DNA from: an uncultured delta proteobacterium
GTDB lineage: Bacteria; Desulfobacterota; Syntrophorhabdia; Syntrophorhabdales; WCHB1-27
Length of the DNA stretch: 64,000 nt
Assembly (NCBI GenBank): GCA_963810935.1
Contig: CAWEPK010000015.1
Coordinates: forward strand, 1-64,000
Direction: 5' to 3'
The notes below the pieces were generated by a model, which did no database searches, was not told where the DNA came from, and saw only the letters and a program-made list of their open reading frames with translations. Below, piece after piece: positions 36,114 through 45,937 of this stretch. Position numbers and translations under genes: made by a program. Position 1 is the stretch's first letter. The number at the start of each line of letters is the position of its first letter.

Positions 36114-36542
36114 TTATTTAACCGGCAGGCAGGCGGGGCAGTAGCCCATGATTTCGAGCGTGTGGCGGACGGGCGTGAAGCGCTCGTGGCGGCATATCTC
36201 GTCCTGGAGCATTTCGAGCGTAGGGGAGTAGACTTCTATTGCCTTTCCGCAGGAAAGGCAGATCAGGTGGTCGTGGTGCGCCTTCCCGATCGCCTTCTCG
36301 TAATGGGCATGTTTCTCCGTCCTCTGGACCTCGACAATGACGCCGTCGTCGATAAGGAGAGGTATCGCCCGGTAAACGGACGCCCTGGACACCCTGGCCC
36401 CTCCGGCCTTGAGCCTGTCATATAGCGATTGCACGTCGAAATGTCCCTTGATCGTATCTATGGCAGCCAGGATCTCCTGCCTCCCCGCGGTCTGCCGCTT
36501 TCCATGGATGGCAGGCGCCTCTTTCGCGTCTTTCTTTCTCAT
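36114..36542 (-). CDS. Fur family metal-sensing repressor
   Basis: SRASVYR HTH, HHDHLICLSCG, C-terminal CPAC. Confidence 0.92.
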   Translation of the reverse strand: MRKKDAKEAPAIHGKRQTAGRQEILAAIDTIKGHFDVQSLYDRLKAGGARVSRASVYRAIPLLIDDGVIVEVQRTEKHAHYEKAIGKAHHDHLICLSCGKAIEVYSPTLEMLQDEICRHERFTPVRHTLEIMGYCPACLPVK

Positions 36543-36578
36543 GGGCCCTTCTCTCCCCCAATAGCGACCTGATCCTAT

Positions 36579-36700
36579 ATTTTACAGGCAAAGGCGGCCT
36601 TTTTCAATAATTTGATAATCAGTCTCATAAAGGTGCAGTTTTTCCTTGACTCATAGGCCGGTATGATATATCCTTACAATGTAACTGAGATACAGTCTCA
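36579..36700. promoter_or_regulatory. divergent promoters with two Fur-type boxes
   Basis: minus TTGAAA-N17-TAAAAT (36579-36607); plus TTGACT-N17-TATCCT (36646-36674); boxes TGATAATCAGTCTCA (36613-36627) and TGAGATACAGTCTCA (36686-36700). Confidence 0.7.
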
Positions 36701-36725
36701 TTAATCAACAGGACCGGCGGGCTTC

Positions 36726-37022
36726 ATGCTAAGGCTAAGACCGATAGACAAAAAACTGCTTTTTCTCTTCTCCGTCTACCTGCTTTTTGCAGTGACGGTG
36801 GTCGCCTTCGACCCGCACGGCGCATTGCCCAGTAAGACATGCACGATCTGCTTCATGGGCATTTCCCTTGCTTCCGCCGTAGGTCAGGCCCATGTGACCT
36901 GCGACGTCTATTTCGACAGGCAATATGTGCAGATGGCAGACGAGATTTGCCGGCTCTACCCGTCGGTACCCCTCTCGGCCATCTCGTACAGGGGACCGCC
37001 CGCCTCCTCCTTCGTTCTTTAA
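36726..37022 (+). CDS. DUF2946/CruR-like leader protein (TM/signal, CxxC, C-terminal RGPP)
   Basis: hydrophobic residues 11-28, CTIC at 39-42, RGPP at 89-92. Confidence 0.7.
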   Translation: MLRLRPIDKKLLFLFSVYLLFAVTVVAFDPHGALPSKTCTICFMGISLASAVGQAHVTCDVYFDRQYVQMADEICRLYPSVPLSAISYRGPPASSFVL

Positions 37023-37125
37023 TCGATTTACGACAAGTCAGGCACGATTACAGTACAGGTAAGGCGAAAGGGCGCCGGACGTCCCGATAGCGCGGCCTGC
37101 GCCCTCTAGAGATGAGGAGCAATCG

Positions 37126-38528
37126 TTGAACCCGATATATTTAATGAGACGCCTGCGCGTTGCGCGCAAAGGCGTCACGACGATAGCATTATTGTTCGTA
37201 TTCGCGATTCTATTTATCGTCACTGCGCCGCGTGCAGCTTACGCGCAGGATACAAAGTCCTCCCTCCCCCCTGGTTCCCCCAGCTCTTAGGCGCACAGGT
37301 AAACGGGGTCTACCAGAACTCCCCTTCCTTCCATAGCCCGTACACGGGAGACAAGAGCTTTATCTTCGATCATAGCTTCAAGCAGCGCGTTACCGATGTC
37401 TACGGCCTCTATTTAGGCTCGCAGATCACCCCCTCGCTCCAGGTCTACGGCGACTTCGAGATGTTCAGGGGGTCGGGCATATCGAACGGTTTCGGCTTGG
37501 GTGGATATACCAATGCAGACGTAATAAGGGCAGGGCCTGCCAATTTAGGCCAGGAGCCCTACCTTGCCCGCCTCTATGCCAGATACGTCATCCCCTTATC
37601 GAATGCCGTGACGGACCCGGTAGAGAGGGGCATGGACCAGATACCGGGTAGCCAGGCTGCGGACCGCATAGAGATAAAGGCAGGCAAGCTCGCCCCTACG
37701 GACGACTTCGACCAGAACCGCTATGCCAATAACGGCCGCACCCAGTTCATGAACTATGACTTCCTCTTCAATACCGCCTGGGACTATGCATCCGATACAA
37801 GGGGATACTCCATAGGCTTCTCCGCCGCCCTTGTCCATCCGGCATGGAGGCTTATCTTAGGCAGCTACCAGGTCCCTACCACAAGAAACGGCATGATCCT
37901 GGACAATGAGATCGCAAGGGCGCGTGGAGACCAGTTGGAGCTAGACATAGCCAGATGGGAGAAAGGACCCGTTGTCCGCCTTTTGGCCTTCAGGAACGAA
38001 GGTAGGATGGGGGACTACAGGGACGCAATAGCCTTAGGTGCATTAACAGGCACGGTACCCGATACTACCATACAAAACATACCCGGAAAGGTGAAGTACG
38101 GCTTCGGCTTAAACATAGAGCAGCCCCTTGCCAATGACGGGGACACGGGCATCTTTGCAAGGTTCGGCTGGGCCAACGGGGATAACTCCAACTGGTCCTA
38201 TACCGAATCCGACAGGCACGCAAGCACAGGCGTCCAGATAAGCGGCAAGAACTGGGGCAGGCAGGAGGACCAGGCAGGCCTGGCCTTCGGCGTCAACGGC
38301 ATCACCTCATCCCACCAGCACTACCTCCAGCAGGGAGGCATAGGCATGCTCGTAGGGGACGGGGCATTGAACTACGGCCTGGAGCAGGTGACGGAAGCCT
38401 ACTACAGGATACAGGTAGGCAGGTACGTGCAGATAAGCCCGGACTTCCAGTACATCTGGAACCCAGCTTACAACAAAGACAGGGGGCCGGTGCAGGTCTA
38501 CGGGATGAGGATGAGGGTGTACTACTAA
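37126..38528 (+). CDS. OprB-family porin, MnoP-like (frameshift at C6 run 37266-37271)
   Basis: GAGGAG SD, signal peptide, FHSPY.G, YLARLY, FDQNRYAN..RTQFMN, AWDYASDTRGYS, GDGALNY, NPAYNKDRGPV; terminal aromatic residue. Confidence 0.85.
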
Positions 38529-38541
38529 CTACCGCTCTCTT

Positions 38542-38690
38542 CCGTCATGCCGGCGAAAGCCGGTATCCAGTGTTCCCCTGGCAGGATACCCCTCACCCTG
38601 CCCTCTCCCCGAAGGGGCGAGGGGACAAAAAAAATGCATGCGCAACAATTGTCCCGTGTAGGGGCCGGGCATGCCCGGCCCGTTCGACAA
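38542..38690. repeat. mosaic of three REP-like palindromes
   Basis: GTCATGCCGGCGAAAGCCGGTATCCAG; CCCTCACCCTGCCCTCTCCCC..GGGGCGAGGGG; GTAGGGGCCGGGCATGCCCGGCCC. Confidence 0.7.
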
Positions 38691-38741
38691 TTGCAGCAAC
38701 TGCGGGTGGTCGGTAATCGGCAAGGTTCATGTAAGAATATA

Positions 38742-40837
38742 TCAGGCCCGGCCCGATTCACCCAAAAGACCTAGCATCGCGTCTGCGTCGGCAACCGGCG
38801 TCGCGCAGGCGTTGTTCGAGCAGACATATGCACGGGGTTTGCCGCCTTCGGATTGGAAGTCTTTAAGGAATGGGGCGAGGTCGGCGAGGCGCGGTCCTTC
38901 GGCCCTAGCGCCCTCGGCTGCGACAAGGACAACCGTTTCGGGCAGGAAGCGCGAGCGCAGCGCTTCGATCATGGCGCTGAGGCCTGCCGACGATTCCGGT
39001 CCTGCCAGCACGACCTCGTGTGACGGGCCGAGGGCTAAACTCAGTGCGCAAAGCATCTGCGTGAAACCTGCCGGATACTGCGCCACCCTGCCGGAAAGGG
39101 CCTCGCCGAGCCGGGCGGCCTTGCTTTCCAGGTCCGCATTACCCGTAAGCCTGGCGAGGCGCAGGAGGTTCGTCATAGCAACCGAGTTGCCGGACGGCAC
39201 GGCCCCGTCGTAGGCGTCCTTCTGGCGGAGCGGCAGCGGCTCGCCGTCATCAGCAATGAAAAAGAACCCTTCTTCCGCATCGTCCCAAAAGTGGTCTATC
39301 TGCTCTGCATTGAGCCTGAGTGCTTCCGCTAGGAAGCGCGGGTCAAACGTCGCCTCATAAAGCTCGATGCAGCCCCAGGTGAGAAACGCGTAATCGTCCA
39401 GGTTCGCTCTAATCGACGCCTCCCCGTCGCGGAAGCGGTGCAGGAGCCGCCCGTCCTTGGCCGTCATGCGCTCCGTGATAAACGCGAGCGCCTTCGCAGC
39501 GGCACGGGCATATGCCGCCTCCCCCAGCACTTGAGCGCCCCTTGCGAGGGCGGCGATCATCAGGCCGTTCCAGTCGGCCAGCACTTTGTCGTCCTTATGG
39601 GGATGGACGCGCTTCTCGCGCTCTGCAAACAGCCGCTGCCGCGCCTGCTCGATCGCGGCGGTCCCGCCCTCCGGCGCGTCGCCGCCTTTCAGGTGGAGTA
39701 TGTTGCTCCCTGCATCGCCTTCGCCCCTGGTGTCCCAGTTGCCGTCCGTGCTGACGTTGAAGCGGCGTATGATAAGGCCGGCGGAGGCATCATCGAGGGC
39801 GTCCCTTATCTGCCTTTCCGTCCAGACGTAGAACCTGCCCTCTACGCCTTCGCTGTCCGCGTCTTCGGCGGAATAGAAGCCGCCTTCGGGCGATGTCATA
39901 TCACGTAGCACGTAAGTGAAGACCTCGCGGGCCGTCCTGCCGTATTCGGCCTTGCGCGTCGCCTGGTGCGCCTCCAGGCAAGCAAGGGCGCACATTGCCT
40001 GGTCGTAGAGCATCTTCTCGAAGTGCGGCACGAGCCAGGCCGCATCCGTCGAATATCTGTGGAACCCAAACCCCACGTGGTCGTATATGCCGCCCTGCCG
40101 CATCGCATGAAGCGTCTTCTCTACCATGGCGAGGGCGCGGCCGCTGCGGCGGCGCTTCCAATAGCGCAGCAGGAAACTGATGTTGTGCGCCGTGGGGAAT
40201 TTGGCGCTTCGGTCCGAAAGCCGCCGAAGCGCTCGTCGAAGCGTTCCGAAAGGACGTCGAAAGCCGCGTCGAGGGTCTTTTCGGAGAGGCCGGCAGGCGG
40301 GGGCGTCTCCATCAACTGCCTCAAGTTCTCCACGTGCTTCCGGCCGGAAGCGAGCAGCTCTTCGCGCCGGTTGCGCCAAAGCTCCTTGACGCGCGGCACG
40401 ATATCGACGAGGCCCGGCCTGCCGTACCTGCCCTCTTTCGGGATATACGTCGCCGCGTAGAACGGTGTCTTGTCCGGCGCGAGCAGGATGGTGAGGGGCC
40501 ATCCGCCGCTTCCCGTGAGCATCTGGCAGACCGCCATGTAGACGTTGTCGATGTCGGGCCGCTCCTCCCGGTCCACCTTGATGCAGATAAAGGCGTCATT
40601 CAGCAGTGCCGCCGCCTGCCCGTCCTCGAAAGACTCCCGCTCCATCACGTGGCACCAGTGGCACGTCGAATAGCCTATGGAGAGGAAAACAGGCTTGTCC
40701 TCGGCAGCCGCAGCCGCAAACGCCTCGTCGCCCCACGGCCGCCAATCGACCGGATTGCCCGCGTGCTGCAAAAGATAAGGGCTTTTCTCGTATTGAAGCC
40801 TGTTGCGGCCGGATCCGCTGGTCCGTTGATCGTCCAT
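38742..40837 (-). CDS. thioredoxin-domain DUF255 protein (YyaL/SSP411 family), frameshift near 40205
   Basis: [52 protein letters not shown]. Confidence 0.92.
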
Positions 40838-40954
40838 ACGCTCTTTCCGTTTCCGATAATCTATATCTTGCGCGGCACATCGGCCACACCTGGGTATTCT
40901 GGCGAGGGGAGAAAAGATATGCATGTGAAGGGAAAAATGAGCGATCCCCCAATT

Positions 40955-41020
40955 CCGTCATACCGGCGAAGGCCGGTATCCAGGCCTACGCTGGATGCCG
41001 GATCGAGTCCGGCATGACGG
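40955..41020. repeat. REP-like doublet of the GTCATACCGGCGAA family
   Basis: inverted arms CCGTCATACCGG...CCGGCATGACGG. Confidence 0.7.
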
Positions 41021-41242
41021 CACTTGATCCCCCTTGACTCCTGGGCCGAGGGATAAAAGAAAAGTACCCACGCCGCAATTGTCCGACCGTAAGGCCAATT
41101 GCGGTACGTGCACTCACCTCAATGCAAAAACTGTCTCTTAGCTTTTTTCCGGCACCAGCCGGCAGATAAAGATTTGCCGATGCCGACCACCCCTAACAGC
41201 AATTGTCCGCCCAGGCGGACAAATGCTGTAGTGCCCGGAGGA

Positions 41243-41446
41243 GCCGCATGGAGGATGCTTCATATGCGGATGCAATGTGAGCCGTGGCGGCCGGAGATCG
41301 TACATTCGTACATCGGAGGCCCCACGGCCTCGATTTCAAAGCAAGCGAATGCGCCGCGCCGAGCGGGGAGGCTCGCCGGGCTTTGCCCGGCGAGGGGTGC
41401 TGAACCCCAGTACTGCGCGCCGCAGAGGGAGCATCCTCCATGCGGC
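41243..41446. mobile_element. 204-bp MITE-like element with perfect 17-bp terminal IRs
   Basis: GCCGCATGGAGGATGCT / AGCATCCTCCATGCGGC; internal GTAC-ATTC-GTAC. Confidence 0.6.
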
Positions 41447-41498
41447 GAGTCCAAGCCTGCCAAAACCCGTTAGTTGTTTTTCCCTAATCACCCGTGGA

Positions 41499-41537
41499 TT
41501 AAAAACCCGGGCGGCTGCCTTTCGCAACCGCCCGGGT
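41499..41537 (-). terminator. rho-independent terminator of dnaK
   Basis: ACCCGGGCGGTTGC-GAAAG-GCAGCCGCCCGGGT followed by a T-run on the minus strand. Confidence 0.8.
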
Positions 41538-41544
41538 CAATGTG

Positions 41545-43458
41545 CTATGCCGACTTTCTCACGTCCTCATACTCCGCGTCTATCGTTTCGTCGCCGGGGC
41601 CATGCCCGTTGCCGCCCGCGCTGCCGCAGCCGGCCCCGCAGCCGCCTCCGGCCGCCTGCTTATAGAGCCCCTCCGCCATACGGTGGGACGCCTTCGTCAG
41701 TTCTTCTCCGGCCTGCTTCATACGCCCGGCATCTCCACTCTTCAGGGCCTCTTTCGCACGCCCCAGGGCGTCCTCGGCCGCGCTCACGTCCTCGGCGGCC
41801 AGCCTGCCCCTGCCTTCGCCCAGCGTCTTCTCCGTCTGGTAGACGAGGTTGTCCAGATGGTTCCTTGCCTCCACTTCGTCCTTCTTCGCATGGTCCTCCG
41901 CGCTGTGGGCCTCCGCGTCCCTCACCATCTTCTGAATGTCCGCCTCGGAGAGGCCGGTCGAAGCCGTGATCGTGATCGCCTGCTCCTTGTTCGTCGCAAG
42001 GTCTTTCGCCGACACGTGGAGGATGCCGTTCGCGTCTATGTCGAACGTTACCTCGATCTGCGGCAGGCCGCGCGGCGCGGTCGGCAGTCCCATCAGGTGG
42101 AAGCGGCCGAGCGTCCTTGCGTCGCGCGCCATCTCGCGCTCGCCCTGGAGCACGTGGACCTCGACGCTCGTCTGGTTGTCTTCCGCTGTCGAAAATACCT
42201 GGCTGCGCTTGACCGGTATAGTCGTGTTCCTCTCGACGATCTTCGTCAGTACGCCGCCCAGCGTCTCGATGCCGAGTGAAAGGGGCGTAACGTCGAGGAG
42301 CAGCATGTCTTTCACCTCGCCCGTCAGTACTCCGCCCTGCACGGACGCGCCCAGGGAGACCACTTCGTCCGGGTTGACGCCCTTGTGCGGCTCCTTGCCG
42401 AAGAAGTCTTTGACCATCTGCTGTATCTTCGGGATACGCGTCGAGCCGCCGACGAGCACTACCTCGTTTATGTCGCTTACCGAGAGCTTAGCGTCCGCCA
42501 TCGCCTTCTTGCACGGCTCTATCGTCCTTGCGAAGAGGTCTTCGCATATCTGCTCCAGGCGCGCCCTAGTCAGCTTGAGGGCAAGGTGCTTCGGCCCGGT
42601 CTGGTCGGCCGTGATGAAGGGCAGGTTTATCTCCGTCTCCATCATCGAGGAAAGCTCTATCTTAGCCTTCTCCGCCGCGTCCTTGAGGCGCTGCAAAGCC
42701 ATGCTGTCGCGGGAAAGGTCGATCCCCTGCTCTTTCCTGAATTCGGCCGCGAGGAATTCGACGACCCTCTGGTCTACGTCGTCGCCGCCAAGGTGCGTGT
42801 CGCCGTTCGTCGAGAGCACCTCGACTACGTTGTCGCCCACTTCGAGGATCGAGATGTCGAATGTGCCGCCGCCGAAGTCGTAGACAGCGATCTTTTCGCT
42901 CTTCTTCTTATCGAGGCCGTAGGCCAACGCCGATGCTGTAGGCTCGTTGACGATGCGCAGCACGTTGAGGCCCGCGATCCTGCCCGCGTCCTTGGTCGCC
43001 TGACGCTGGGAGTCGTTGAAGTATGCGGGCACGGTGATGACCGCGTCTTCCACGGTCCGGCCGAGGTATGCCTCCGCCGATTTCTTCAGCTTCTGGAGGA
43101 TGAGGCCCGATATCTCCTGGGGCGTATACTGCTTGCCGCGCACTTCGGCGCGCGCGTTGCCGCTCGAGTCAGCGACCACCTTGTACGAGACCTTCTCGTC
43201 TTTGACTTCCGTATAGCGCCTGCCCATGAACCTTTTGATCGAGAATATAGTATTCTCCGGGTTCGTGATCGCCTGCCTTTTCGCCACCTGGCCTACGAGC
43301 ACCTCCCCGTCCTTCGTGAAGGCGACCACGCTCGGGGTCGTCCTCTGCCCTTCTTCGTTGACGATGACCTTCGGCTCCCCGTTTTCCATCACGGAAACGA
43401 CCGAAAACGTTGTTCCCAGGTCTATACCGATTACTTGTTTTCTCTGTGTATCAGCCAT
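41545..43458 (-). CDS. dnaK: molecular chaperone DnaK (Hsp70)
   Basis: [41 protein letters not shown]; ends DAEYEDV. Confidence 0.98.
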   Translation of the reverse strand: MADTQRKQVIGIDLGTTFSVVSVMENGEPKVIVNEEGQRTTPSVVAFTKDGEVLVGQVAKRQAITNPENTIFSIKRFMGRRYTEVKDEKVSYKVVADSSGNARAEVRGKQYTPQEISGLILQKLKKSAEAYLGRTVEDAVITVPAYFNDSQRQATKDAGRIAGLNVLRIVNEPTASALAYGLDKKKSEKIAVYDFGGGTFDISILEVGDNVVEVLSTNGDTHLGGDDVDQRVVEFLAAEFRKEQGIDLSRDSMALQRLKDAAEKAKIELSSMMETEINLPFITADQTGPKHLALKLTRARLEQICEDLFARTIEPCKKAMADAKLSVSDINEVVLVGGSTRIPKIQQMVKDFFGKEPHKGVNPDEVVSLGASVQGGVLTGEVKDMLLLDVTPLSLGIETLGGVLTKIVERNTTIPVKRSQVFSTAEDNQTSVEVHVLQGEREMARDARTLGRFHLMGLPTAPRGLPQIEVTFDIDANGILHVSAKDLATNKEQAITITASTGLSEADIQKMVRDAEAHSAEDHAKKDEVEARNHLDNLVYQTEKTLGEGRGRLAAEDVSAAEDALGRAKEALKSGDAGRMKQAGEELTKASHRMAEGLYKQAAGGGCGAGCGSAGGNGHGPGDETIDAEYEDVRKSA

Positions 43459-43527
43459 ATTTTCCTCCTTGCGGTGAATATCATTGTATACAAGCTAAGA
43501 TAATCCGCCCACCCGGTTTTGTCAAAT
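43459..43527 (-). promoter_or_regulatory. dnaK sigma70 promoter TTGACA-N17-TATCTT with TTGTATACAA palindrome and AGGAGG SD
   Basis: seen directly; palindrome at 43484-43493; conserved in the copy at 2250-2319. Confidence 0.75.
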
Positions 43528-43571
43528 CGGCTGCGCCCCCTTCTCTCTCCTTCCCCGGCAACCGCGCTTGC

Positions 43572-43777
43572 GGAAAGGCAAGGACACGTCACTGAGCCGC
43601 GCATTGCGGAGCGACCGCTATCAGCGTTGGCGCAGCCTGAGCGTCCGCCCGAAGGGTGGTGCTGCGAGTCGCTTGTACCCGCTTCTCGTACACCGTCTCG
43701 CAGCAAGCGAAGCGGAGCCTTACGCTGATCGGGAGCGGAAGCCCAGGCGCGGCGAAGGGACGTGTCCTTGCCTTTCC
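43572..43777. mobile_element. 206-bp MITE-like element with perfect 19-bp terminal IRs
   Basis: GGAAAGGCAAGGACACGTC / GACGTGTCCTTGCCTTTCC; internal TGTAC...GTACA. Confidence 0.65.
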
Positions 43778-43933
43778 CTGCCCGTCTTGTCGAAACGCCT
43801 CGACAATATTGTCGCGCTTCATCCGGCAGCCGCCTTTCGAATCCCCGCAATAGCGCGTTTTTCAACGGTGCAGCGCCCCGGCATGGTAGTTGCTTATAAA
43901 CTTCAATAAGAATTACGTTGGGAGGCATTGAGC

Positions 43934-44096
43934 ATGAAAGCAAAACTGGTCGTCCTGGTTACTCTTTTTATGGTAGCCGTATCGACCCTCGCGTTCGTCC
44001 CGCCGGCAGACGCCGCATCGAGGCATCGTCATCACCGGCACCACTATAGTCACCAGCCACCAGCAGCATCATCACTTCCATCACAACCACCGCTAA
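43934..44096 (+). CDS. small exported His-rich peptide (probable +1 frameshift near 44057; uncorrected ORF runs to 44200)
   Basis: GGAGG SD, signal peptide ending ADA, RHRHHRHHYSHQ then HQQHHHFHHNHR* in the next frame. Confidence 0.6.
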
Positions 44097-44371
44097 CGGG
44101 CACTATGTGCCCGACACACAAAGGTTGCAGGCCGGCCCCCCCTCCAAATTGCCGGGACGGCCTGCAACCCCTTCCTCAGCCGCACTGTCCGGAATCTTGA
44201 CAGCTCCTTGTAACGATTCCCTACACTTCAGGGGCCTTTTTCCCCGGAAATGGCGTTATCAGGCCGTTTTTGTCCGGTACGGTAATTGCAAAACTATCCG
44301 TCACAGCTCCGGGGGCCATATGCACCGGGCCCGATTGCGGTGTATACTGTCCGGATGGTGAAGGAGGCGGG

Positions 44372-45667
44372 ATGGATCCTACGGTGACTCTGGAGCGTTT
44401 GCGGGTAGCGGCGGGAGACCTGCTCTCTGTCGCCCCTAACATAGCGGCCGCCGTGGCCATACTCGTCATCGGCTATGCAGTAGCGCGCATCGTGAGGTCG
44501 GTCCTCGTCAGGCTCCTGCAATCGACTACGGTCTTCGGCGAGCGCACGGGTGCGCCCGGCGAGCCCTCGGCCGCTACCATCGGCACCTTCGTCTTCTACT
44601 TCATCATGCTCCTCGTCATCCTCGCATCCTTCAACGTGCTCAACCTCTCGCTGACGGATGCGATCGTCAACACCATAACCGCCCTGCCCATCGTTGCCGC
44701 GGCATCCGGCATGCTCGTCCGCACCTTATCCGCGTCGATGCTGGTTATCTCGGGTGCGGTCCTCGTGATCCTTTTTGCATGGGTGCTGGCAAGACTGCTC
44801 TTCTTTTTCTCCGTGAAGGCGGTAGGGGGCGTGAGGTCGAGGTCCGCCAAAGCGCGCCTTGCCCCTACGTCTTTCCCAGCGGGCGCCGGGAAAGCGCCAC
44901 GCTATAAAAACGAGAACGACGCGGCACTCGACCTGATTAAGGGATTCATCAAACAGACCGACACTGAGCCGGAAGAACCGACGCGGCGCATGCCTGCCGG
45001 CGGCGGCGCCAGGCGCGAGGCCGATGCGGCCGCTTTGTCGCGTGAGCCGGCAGCAGAGACGGACAACGCCCGGCAGGCAGATAAGCCGCACCCGGCGGCG
45101 CAAGAGAAAACGCACCCGGCCGTCCGCCAGAGACCCGGCCGGATGCTCCTCATAGAAGCGGCGAAGTATGACGATTACCAGCCTGCGGTAAAACCGGACG
45201 TGCATGAGGCTGCCGCAAAGCGCGAGGCACGCCGGCCGTCCGCGAAAGCGGCGGCTGCCGCAGCCGCTCAACCAGCCGGACAGGCGGGCAGCGCTGCCGC
45301 ACCCTTAAAGCCCGCTAAGGCAGCGCTTCGGCGGACAGCCGGTGCAGCAAAGCCCGTCAGCCGCACCAAATCCGCTGCCGTACCCGCAAAGCCTGCTTCC
45401 AGCCGTGCGAAGCCGGCCGCACCGCCTGCAAAACAGCCAAAGGCGGCGCCTGCCGAGGTTAAACCCGCTTCAGCGCCTGCGAAACCGAGGGCTGCCTCCG
45501 CAGCGAAGCCTGTTGCCGAACCTGCAAAGCCAACCCTTGTCTCAAAGAAATCTACATCCGGCGGGCCGAAGTTTGCGGCAGCGGGCCGTCACCTGGAAGA
45601 GGCGCTCCACGACGAACCGGCCAGGCCCGCCGCTTTGAAGAAAGGCCCCAAACGCGGGTTGCGGTAG
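44372..45667 (+). CDS. membrane protein with CmpX/MscS-type N-terminal TM helices and long Ala/Pro/Lys-rich tail
   Basis: AGGAGG SD; PNIAAAVAILVIGYAVARIV...FVFYFIMLLVILASFNVLNL; PAKP repeats. Confidence 0.65.
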   Translation: MDPTVTLERLRVAAGDLLSVAPNIAAAVAILVIGYAVARIVRSVLVRLLQSTTVFGERTGAPGEPSAATIGTFVFYFIMLLVILASFNVLNLSLTDAIVNTITALPIVAAASGMLVRTLSASMLVISGAVLVILFAWVLARLLFFFSVKAVGGVRSRSAKARLAPTSFPAGAGKAPRYKNENDAALDLIKGFIKQTDTEPEEPTRRMPAGGGARREADAAALSREPAAETDNARQADKPHPAAQEKTHPAVRQRPGRMLLIEAAKYDDYQPAVKPDVHEAAAKREARRPSAKAAAAAAAQPAGQAGSAAAPLKPAKAALRRTAGAAKPVSRTKSAAVPAKPASSRAKPAAPPAKQPKAAPAEVKPASAPAKPRAASAAKPVAEPAKPTLVSKKSTSGGPKFAAAGRHLEEALHDEPARPAALKKGPKRGLR

Positions 45668-45937
45668 GTCTCTGGAACACGGCATAACCCCGTGACTCTC
45701 TTTGGCGGAAAACCCCGCCTTGCGACTACGGATAATAAAAGCCGCCGCCTCGCTGGTTCGGCCCAGAAAGGCGGCGGCGGTCGGTGCGATGGAAGGCAGA
45801 GGAAGCCCCCGGCGCTACTGGTGGGCCTTCCACATGACAATCAATGGGGCTAGCGTCGCCCCCTCCACGAACAAAGTCCGTCGGGGTACCCGCTTCAGCG
45901 GGTCGTCCCCCTCATAAAAAGGAAGAGGCATTTTCCT

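Noticed and set aside
37261..37275. Phase variation of the porin (and of the surface proteins at 3101 and 16137) through homopolymer runs
   Set aside because: Runs are short (5-7 nt) and cannot be told apart from the background indel errors without reads.
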